Shown: piece by piece, positions 57,468-64,000 of the stretch
How the letters are laid out: each line of letters opens with the position of its first letter
How positions within the stretch are numbered: the stretch's first letter is position 1
Assembly (NCBI GenBank): GCA_965222375.1
Contig: CBDCTZ010000014.1
Span: 992,001-1,056,000 of the forward strand
Length of the DNA stretch: 64,000 nt
Direction of reading: 5' to 3'
DNA from: Polyangiaceae bacterium
GTDB taxonomy: Bacteria > Myxococcota_A > Polyangia > Polyangiales > Polyangiaceae
Translations under genes and position numbers: made by a program
The notes under the pieces: generated by a model
What the model saw: only the letters and a program-made list of their open reading frames with translations
Database searches by the model: none
Told to the model about the DNA's origin: nothing

Positions 57468-58832
57468 CTAGTTCGAAGCTTGACCAAGGACCTGCTCTTG
57501 CTTGGTGGATAGCCCGCTCCAGCCTTCGGGTGCCATGTTCTCGAGGGTTGCAGACTCGCAGCCGATCTTCACGTTGTCGTGGATGAGTTCCCGGTTCTGG
57601 GAGAGCGGCCAAACTTGTCCCTTCTCTGCGTACATGCCCACGCTTCCGATGGCGTAGCCGTCGTTGTCGTAGCCAATTCCATGATCAAAGGTCTTGCCAC
57701 CGCGGGTCGTGACCCCCGGGCGGATCTTCAGCACATGGATCCACGAACCGCTTCCCTCACGTTTGAAGACATCAACAAAACCGGTTCCCCCGTTGGCCTT
57801 GCCTCGTGCGTCAAACTTCGCGTGGAACACCCAGTCCGTCCACCCGCCTTTTAGCACGCTCGCCAGCGCCGCCTGACTCTGCGGTGTCGCGAAGTATTTC
57901 AGGCCGTCGGGCCAGCTCGTAGTAGAGGGCTCGTCGCCCGTATAATGCATCTGCTGCTGCCATGGGACCTGGCCATTGACGTTCTTGACGTCAGACCAGC
58001 GGTGCTGAATCCCCCACTGGCCGCCGCTGAGCCCGAGTGACAATGCCGCCGAAACGCCACTGTAGTTGTTCAGGGGCTTGATCCCAAACAACGTCGGGCC
58101 CCAACCAGTCCCGTTGTCGCTCCAGTTTGTAGGCAAGTACACGCTGTAGGAGAGCCACCGTTCCGACATCTGCGGCATGGGTTTGTAGACCTTGAGCTGC
58201 GACGCAGTGATCACGCCCGATCGTCGACGCGTGCAGACCCCGTTGTCGCAGTCCGCGGGCTCGCTTCCGTTCGCCGAGTTTTTCATCGTGAAGCGAGCGG
58301 CATACTTGCCCTGCCGCACGACGTTCTTTTCGAGCGAGGCGCATGATCCGTCGCCATAGTAGGAGCTAGAATTGCGCTGCTTGCCGTCCCCGTCGTCGAC
58401 GGGCCGACAATACGCGGGAATCGCCGAGAAGTTGGGAAACGCGGCGCTATTGGAGTGCCATTGCATGAAGTTTCCCGTCTCGTAATCGCCAGACCACAGA
58501 AGGCAGGTCGAGCTGCTCGCGCCGCTAGCACCCGCTGCTCCAGCCGAGCCCGCTGCTCCAGCGTTGCCTCCGACACCGGCCACGCCGGCGGATCCCCCAC
58601 TGGCTCCGGCAGTTCCGCCCACGGCACTCCCGCCAACGCCGGCGGTTCCACCCGTGATGGAGCCCCCAGTTCCGGCAGTGCTGCCTGAGCTTTCCCGGTC
58701 GCTGGATGAACACCCCATGAGCAGTAGCCACACGAGCGGGAGGAGTTGACACAGACCGCACCTAGCGCGACTCAGCGGCGCCGGAGCGAGCGGCCAGGTT
58801 CTGGCGCGATTTACTTTCGGGAGCAAAGACAT
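57468..58832 (-). CDS. Polysaccharide-lyase-like lipoprotein 4
   Basis: LMGC lipobox, GDYETGNF.QW, VRQGKYAARFT, ERWLSYSVYLP, GGWTDWVFH, HDNVKIG. Confidence 0.75.
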   Translation of the reverse strand: MSLLPKVNRARTWPLAPAPLSRARCGLCQLLPLVWLLLMGCSSSDRESSGSTAGTGGSITGGTAGVGGSAVGGTAGASGGSAGVAGVGGNAGAAGSAGAAGASGASSSTCLLWSGDYETGNFMQWHSNSAAFPNFSAIPAYCRPVDDGDGKQRNSSSYYGDGSCASLEKNVVRQGKYAARFTMKNSANGSEPADCDNGVCTRRRSGVITASQLKVYKPMPQMSERWLSYSVYLPTNWSDNGTGWGPTLFGIKPLNNYSGVSAALSLGLSGGQWGIQHRWSDVKNVNGQVPWQQQMHYTGDEPSTTSWPDGLKYFATPQSQAALASVLKGGWTDWVFHAKFDARGKANGGTGFVDVFKREGSGSWIHVLKIRPGVTTRGGKTFDHGIGYDNDGYAIGSVGMYAEKGQVWPLSQNRELIHDNVKIGCESATLENMAPEGWSGLSTKQEQVLGQASN

Positions 58833-58943
58833 TGTCTAGGGACAAGCAGGGACAAGGCCAATCACCAGTCCGTACCGAGGTCGAGGGATATTTCCCTTCG
58901 TGGTGGGATCCTCCGAGTGCCAGGCGAAATGTGATGGCGATCC

Positions 58944-58964
58944 CCTAGGGGGTAGACCCTACAG
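58944..58964 (-). promoter_or_regulatory. Shared 21-bp motif, copy 3 (CTGTAGGGTCTACCCCCTAGG)
   Basis: 17/21 identical to copy 2; upstream of lyase-like gene 4 in the same relative orientation. Confidence 0.65.
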
Positions 58965-59234
58965 CTTTCCTTTACCCACGCAACTCGCGTCCGCAAGCGC
59001 GCGCGACAGGTTGGGCAAGGTGGAGCACTGACGAGCATATGACTTACTCGCAGATGACTCCGGACTGTTGCTCATTGGGACGCGTCCGATTGGCGGCTTG
59101 CGAGGGAACTTGGACAAGACTGAGGTGTGGACGGGTTGTCGGTCGTGCCGACGCTGCCGCCTGTAAACCAGTTCGACAGGCGAGAATCATGGGGGCTGTG
59201 CCAGGAGCTTCCGCGTCCGGGGGCGGAACCGAAC

Positions 59235-60569
59235 TCAGGGTCGCGCCAGCTTGTACACGCCACCGTTCGCGACCGTGGCGCTTCCCCAAGCCGTGAAATA
59301 CACGTACTGCTGGTCGCTTGCGATGCCATGCTGACCGGGAATGGGCGCTGCTGTGATGGGGGTCGGTGCAGTGGCCGGCAGGTCGGGAATGGAGCCGGTC
59401 ATGATCTGCGTGTCCGTCTTGGTGCCTCGGCCCCAATACAGATTCGTTCCTTCGCGGGACAGAAAACGAGCAACGGGCTGAGCGGTAGATAGGTCCGTCG
59501 CATTGCCGCCAGTTGCGGCGACCTGGCGGATGAACTCGCCGTCGCGCCAAATCACATTGCCGCCCGTAACAACCAGACCCCAGCCGTTGATGGGCTCAGT
59601 CCCTTTCCCCGGCGCTAGCTGGCTTACGCTGCCCCCAGGCTTGGGCAAACGGTTCACCGCACCGCCCTTCAGGCTCGTCCAGTACGCGTGGGTCACGTCC
59701 AACCGGATGATGAACGGCGACTCCAAGCCCGATGCCAGGACCTCAGGACTTGACCCGTCTTTCAGCGCCCGACCCACCATTCCGTTGCTCGCGCCGCTTG
59801 TGCCGCTATCCGCCCAGTACACGTGGGTTGCGTCGACTGCCACGCCCACGGGGCTGGCGGCAGTTGCGATCTGTTGAGCCGCGCCCGGGCTTTGTTTCGG
59901 CAGACGATAGACTCCGCCGGTGTCGTCGTTGGCCCAGTACACATGGGTCTGGTCCAGAACCAGGTCGCCCTGACCGGACGCTGAATGAAGCAGCTCTGGG
60001 GTCTGACCGGATTTGGAGTGCTCCAGGCGCTGCAGCCCCGCGTTACCGCCGGCATTGGTCCAGTACACGTGGGTCGTGTCGACCGCGACCGACCAAGCGT
60101 TGAACTGCTTGGCAGCCACGACAATGGGGGTGCAGCTGCCGTTTTGGCAGGGACCGTCGAGGCAGTCTCGTCCACAGCTGCCACAGTTCTTGGAGTCAAC
60201 GGCGAGTTCGGCTTCGCAGCCAGTGGATTCGTCGCTATCACAATTGGCGAAACCCGAGCCGCATCCCGCGAGCTTGCACTGTCCGGCGGAGCACTTTGCG
60301 ACTCCATCGGAGAACGCACACGGATTGCAGAATGCCGACGCACAGCCATAGGCAGGGTCATCGGTCGGTACACAACTTTCGCCACACAACTTGCCGCCTC
60401 CCTCGCAGGCGCCGCCGGATTCGGTCAGCGCGTCGCTCGTCTGGTCTTTGCTCGCATCCTGCGACTGCGACGAGTCCCGCAAAGCTGGGAAGTCTGTGAG
60501 ACAGCTCCCCGCGACCAGGAGAAGCGCGAGCACGCTTGTCCCCAGAAGAAGCCGCGAAGCCGGCAACAT
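59235..60569 (-). CDS. Cys-rich + beta-propeller lipoprotein, copy B
   Basis: Full-length colinear paralog of 54207-55541. Confidence 0.85.
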   Translation of the reverse strand: MLPASRLLLGTSVLALLLVAGSCLTDFPALRDSSQSQDASKDQTSDALTESGGACEGGGKLCGESCVPTDDPAYGCASAFCNPCAFSDGVAKCSAGQCKLAGCGSGFANCDSDESTGCEAELAVDSKNCGSCGRDCLDGPCQNGSCTPIVVAAKQFNAWSVAVDTTHVYWTNAGGNAGLQRLEHSKSGQTPELLHSASGQGDLVLDQTHVYWANDDTGGVYRLPKQSPGAAQQIATAASPVGVAVDATHVYWADSGTSGASNGMVGRALKDGSSPEVLASGLESPFIIRLDVTHAYWTSLKGGAVNRLPKPGGSVSQLAPGKGTEPINGWGLVVTGGNVIWRDGEFIRQVAATGGNATDLSTAQPVARFLSREGTNLYWGRGTKTDTQIMTGSIPDLPATAPTPITAAPIPGQHGIASDQQYVYFTAWGSATVANGGVYKLARP

Positions 60570-60623
60570 GGCGGTCATCTTTGCATGGGCTGGACGCGAT
60601 GCCCAACGCATCGTGATTCCGCC

Positions 60624-60710
60624 TCAGGGCGGAGCGCGACCGTCCGGAGACACGTCGGAGAAACGTGCCTTCGCGTTGCCTATCTTGGTACAATCGTGAT
60701 GAATTTGGCG
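60624..60710 (-). pseudogene. C-terminal remnant of another lyase-like paralog
   Basis: RQIHHDCTKIGNAKARFSDVSPDG aligns with REVWIDNIKFGNENAACSDITHDG (gene 3) and RELIHDNVKIG (gene 4). Confidence 0.6.
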
Positions 60711-60924
60711 GAGCGTGAAGCTCGACGGGCCGCTGCGTTTCGACGCTGCAGCGGCCCCGGATGCGGTCGCATTCGCCTGATTGGCGTAAGATGTAAACCA
60801 AGCTGGCCTCCCAGGTTCTGGCTGAACGTTGACGCTCCGGATGCCGTCAGCGAGCGGCCTATTGTAGGCGTCGTCCCTGAGGCTGGGCCCAACATGGATT
60901 TTGGACACGGCGGTTCAGTGCGCC

Positions 60925-61422
60925 TCAGAACCGCAAACTGGACCAGCTAGATGCTCGACCCATACGGCGCCGTGGTGCGCGAGCCTCGCTGCTAGAGCTG
61001 GTATTCGTCAGTAGCAGGTAGCTTCCGACGCCAACCGCAACGACGGCGCCACCCAGGGCTATGTTCGTGATCAGCCGGTTGCGAACTCCGCGGTCGCGGG
61101 CATCGGCGTCGGTGAATTTGGACTCTTCGTAATCGTCGCTCGCTGCCAGCGTCTGAGTGCCAAAGAAGGCCGCGGCGCCACCGAGCACGACACCGCTGCC
61201 GAGGGCAATCCAACCCCACGTGGCTTGGGAGGAAGACGCAGTGGACGTGGTCGATGTGTCTCGCCCAGCGGGCACTGGGCGGGTCGCTGGAGTGGGCGCT
61301 GGTTTTCCGAGAGACGCATCGCCCGACCCGACCTCGACGCTAACCACCTCGCCGGCGCGCACTTGGATGGGCTTGGTTGTGCTGGACCCATCTGCGCGCT
61401 GGACGGAAACTTCGTGGGTGCC
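60925..61422 (-). pseudogene. 3' half of a TPR/PEGA paralog
   Basis: Colinear with 45606-46100 from GTHE to WSSLRF; homology stops abruptly at ~61422. Confidence 0.9.
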
Positions 61423-61565
61423 TGCCTTGTTGCTCGCCATCGGCTGCGGCGGGGACGACTCGTCTGGCTCTGGGGGCGGGTCCGGCGTTGGGGGCACGGG
61501 GACATCCGGGGCCGCGGGCAGCGGTGCTCAGGCGGGTTCGGGTGGATCGAGCGCCAGCGCTGGAA
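61415..61565 (+). pseudogene. Orphan lipoprotein N-terminus (lipobox + Gly/Ser linker)
   Basis: WVPALLLAIGC-GGDDSSGSGGGSGVGGTG...; no evident start of its own and no mature domain. Confidence 0.6.
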
Positions 61566-61577
61566 GCTTTGGCTTCG

Positions 61578-62123
61578 CTAGCTGGGCTTTCTCGCTACCA
61601 GCAATGCCCGTCCGCCTTGCTCCTCGCCGCGCTCCGTTGTCAGCTCGGGCAACTCGTTGAGTTCGCCAGGGCGCAAACGGAAACGCCTGGAAGGGTGCTC
61701 GCCGGGGAAATCGTCGGTGAAGGTGCACACCACGGCGACGCCACCGGCTTCGACCAACTCGTGCAAGGAGCCGAGTAGCTCGCGATCGAGGAAGTCGACT
61801 ACGAGCACCAGCGAACGAGGCTGCGCGAAGGGAAGGGGGGCAGACAGGTCCACTTCCCGCGTTGCCACCGTCAACCCGCCTACCCGGGCTCGTTCTGCGA
61901 TCCGCGTGAGCCCAACCGGACTCACGTCCCAGGCTTCTGTGTCGATGCCGTGCCCGGCCAACCACAGGCTGTGTCGGCCAGTTCCGGCAGCAAGATCGAA
62001 AGCCGTCGTTGGCCGCGGATTCAGCGCTTCGATACATCGGACTACGAGCGCGTCCGGCACACGAACCCTGTCTGCGTCCTCACTGGCATGGCGGACGTCC
62101 CAGTGCTCGCGGTCACTCGGCAT
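61578..62123 (-). CDS. Class I SAM methyltransferase, TehB-like
   Basis: DLAAGTGRHSLWLA, WDVS, FLDR, FRLRPGEL. Confidence 0.85.
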   Translation of the reverse strand: MPSDREHWDVRHASEDADRVRVPDALVVRCIEALNPRPTTAFDLAAGTGRHSLWLAGHGIDTEAWDVSPVGLTRIAERARVGGLTVATREVDLSAPLPFAQPRSLVLVVDFLDRELLGSLHELVEAGGVAVVCTFTDDFPGEHPSRRFRLRPGELNELPELTTERGEEQGGRALLVARKPS

Positions 62124-62179
62124 GGGACCTAGGTTAACCTGGCTGCGAAGCTCTCACGATCCAGGCTAAGCTCGCCGCG

Positions 62180-63811
62180 ATGATCGGCGCCCTTCTTGGC
62201 GGCATTGGCTTGTTCTTACTGGGCATGGTGCTCCTGACGGAGGGACTTCAGGCCCTGGCGGGAGACGGGCTGCGCAACGCCCTGCGTCGCCACACGGGGA
62301 CTCGCAGCTCGGCGATCCTGATGGGAACCGCAGCGACGGCCATGGTGCAGTCGTCCAGCGCGACAACCTTGGCGGCGATTGGCTTCGTCAATGCCGGCTT
62401 GCTCAAGCTGGGGCCGGCGATCGGCATCGTCTACGGCGCCAACCTTGGAACCACGGCGACCGCGTGGATTGTCGCGGCGGTGGGCCTGAAAGTGAAGATC
62501 GACGCTTTCGCGCTGCCCCTAGTCGGAATCGGTGCATTGCTGCGCCTGTTCACTCGCGGCGCACGTGCCGCCCTCGGCACTGCAATCGCCGGCTTCGGGT
62601 TGGTCTTCGTGGGTATCGGCATTCTGCAGGGGGGCATGCAGGATCTCGGAGAGCGCCTTGCCCCGTCGGCGGGTAGCGGCACGGGTGTTTTGGCGCTCCT
62701 GTTTTTGGTGTTGCTCGGGATCGTAATGACCGTCGTAATGCAGTCGTCGAGCGCTGCCGTCGCCACGACGCTTGCCGCGGTATCTGCCGGCACGATCACC
62801 TTGACCCAGGCCATGGCTCTGGTGGTAGGGCAGAACGTGGGTACGACGATCACGGCACTGATCGGCTGCATCGGAGGCTCCGCGGCCGCCAAGCGAACGG
62901 CATGGGCTCACGTCGTGTTCAACCTCGGCACCGGCGCGGTTGCCCTCGGACTGTTGCCCATGGTGGGCTTTGTCGTCCCGGATGACGCGAGCAAGTCTGA
63001 GCCCGCGCTGGTGCTGGCGGGCTTTCATTCGGTGTTCAATCTGATTGGCGTGCTGCTCTTCGCGCCTTGGACCTACGGCATGGCCAACTGGCTGGAGCGA
63101 CGCATTCCCGAGCGAGGCGCGGAGCTGACTCGACGCCTGACGCTGCGCTCGAAGAGGATCCCATCCACAGTGATCGAAGCCGCACGGCTGACCGTGGTGG
63201 ACATCTACGCGGAGGCCCTAGGTGTCGCGCGGCGCCTCTTGGAAGGGGAGACCAAGGAGGCGATCCTCGAGTCTCGGCGTGATGCGCTGCAGCACGCGCT
63301 GGTGGCGGTGAGAGAGCACCTGGCAGCGGTGCAGACGGACCCGGGATCTGCAACGGACTATCGGCATCACGTGGCTGTGCTGCATGCTGTGGATCACTTG
63401 CACCGCCTGGTTGAAGCTTACGGTGAGCAGCGGAACATGGTCGCGGCGCGCAGCTACGACGAGTCTGCGCGGATGGCCAGGGAGCTGGCCACGGAGCTCG
63501 TTGCTACGCGATCGTGGCTGGGGGCCCAAGAGCAGACTTCGCCGCCGGACCTGGGATTGGCTTCGCGCACGGTAGCTGGTGCCCGACGCGCCCAACGTCC
63601 GCGACTACTCGAGCGGGCAGCGGCAGGCGAGTTGGATTCGGAGATCATCGAACGCCGCCTCGAAGCCCTGCGTTGGGTCGATCGCATCGGCTATCACTCT
63701 TGGCGCACGATGCACCACCTGCTGGCCGCCGACCAGGAGCCGGAGGCGGAGCTGCCACCCGCGCCCGAATCCCGCGGCCGTCGCGGTCATGAGTCTCACG
63801 GGCTGAGCTGA
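62180..63811 (+). CDS. Na/Pi cotransporter family protein
   Basis: GGIGLFLLGM, two QSSSA repeats, GANLGTT / GQNVGTT, helical PhoU-like C-terminus. Confidence 0.92.
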   Translation: MIGALLGGIGLFLLGMVLLTEGLQALAGDGLRNALRRHTGTRSSAILMGTAATAMVQSSSATTLAAIGFVNAGLLKLGPAIGIVYGANLGTTATAWIVAAVGLKVKIDAFALPLVGIGALLRLFTRGARAALGTAIAGFGLVFVGIGILQGGMQDLGERLAPSAGSGTGVLALLFLVLLGIVMTVVMQSSSAAVATTLAAVSAGTITLTQAMALVVGQNVGTTITALIGCIGGSAAAKRTAWAHVVFNLGTGAVALGLLPMVGFVVPDDASKSEPALVLAGFHSVFNLIGVLLFAPWTYGMANWLERRIPERGAELTRRLTLRSKRIPSTVIEAARLTVVDIYAEALGVARRLLEGETKEAILESRRDALQHALVAVREHLAAVQTDPGSATDYRHHVAVLHAVDHLHRLVEAYGEQRNMVAARSYDESARMARELATELVATRSWLGAQEQTSPPDLGLASRTVAGARRAQRPRLLERAAAGELDSEIIERRLEALRWVDRIGYHSWRTMHHLLAADQEPEAELPPAPESRGRRGHESHGLS

Positions 63812-63859
63812 ACCCTCGAAGACGACGCAACGATGCCTGCAACCCCGTACACTCCCTTC

Positions 63860-63972
63860 GGTCCACCGTTGGGTCCGCGCGTCCCCCAGTACAAGTCGTT
63901 GCCCTGCAGCGAAAGAAACCGCGAAATGGGTTGGTCCGTTACCAGGTCCGTTGCGGTTCCGCCTGCCGTGGG
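63860..63972 (-). pseudogene. Short internal remnant of a further beta-propeller paralog
   Basis: PTAGGTATDLVTDQPISRFLSLQGNDLYWG aligns with PTMGGAASDLATNQPGARFLARYGDELYWG; both flanks look unrelated. Confidence 0.7.
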
Positions 63973-64000
63973 GTGGGTCAAGGAGGATGAATCCTGGCGC

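Noticed and set aside
570..57612. Long N-terminal extensions in the ORF track (e.g. starts 570, 2968, 8972, 27413, 46895, 51191, 55976, 57612)
   Set aside because: They overlap neighbouring genes. Downstream starts with coupling, an RBS or a signal peptide fit better.
44500..61422. Diversity-generating retroelement or shufflon explaining the paralogous fragments
   Set aside because: No reverse transcriptase or site-specific recombinase in the window, and the differences are mostly synonymous rather than adenine-specific.
43425..61422. GGTGC(C) near several fragment junctions as a recombination site
   Set aside because: Too common in GC-rich DNA, the offsets are inconsistent, and it is absent at the 63.9-kb junctions.
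1..64000. CRISPR array, rRNA, tRNA
   Set aside because: No regularly spaced repeat-spacer pattern or recognisable structural RNA seen by eye. A covariance-model search was not possible.

Overview
GC-rich window whose gene content (FHA-sigma54 activator with a Ser/Thr kinase, PEGA/TPR proteins, many Gly-rich-linker lipoproteins) points to a myxobacterium, probably Polyangia-like. This is inferred from gene content only. All family calls are by-eye motif recognition, with no database search. There are three zones. (1) 1-29.5 kb is a surface-glycan locus (GT2s, rmlA, rmlD, wzm/wzt, a TMTC-like GT-C and two 940-950 aa GT-C-like paralogs). It carries many natural-product-style tailoring enzymes: an ATP-grasp ligase, two PaaK/CapK-like adenylating enzymes, four related GNAT/FemAB-like domains, a 2OG-Fe dioxygenase, a methyltransferase and two radical SAMs. 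One radical SAM is a PoyC-type CX7CX2C RiPP methyltransferase with no visible precursor peptide. (2) 29.5-43.4 kb holds ordinary myxobacterial genes. (3) 43.4-64 kb is a dynamic array of secreted lipoprotein paralogs (four intact polysaccharide-lyase-like, two Cys-rich beta-propeller, one LamG, one TPR/PEGA). These are interspersed with spliced gene remnants and three copies of a shared 21-bp motif. A complete IS21 element (49239-52450, TSD ACGCC) sits in this array and carries two accessory ORFs that appear to overlap in different frames. No rRNA, tRNA or CRISPR array was seen.
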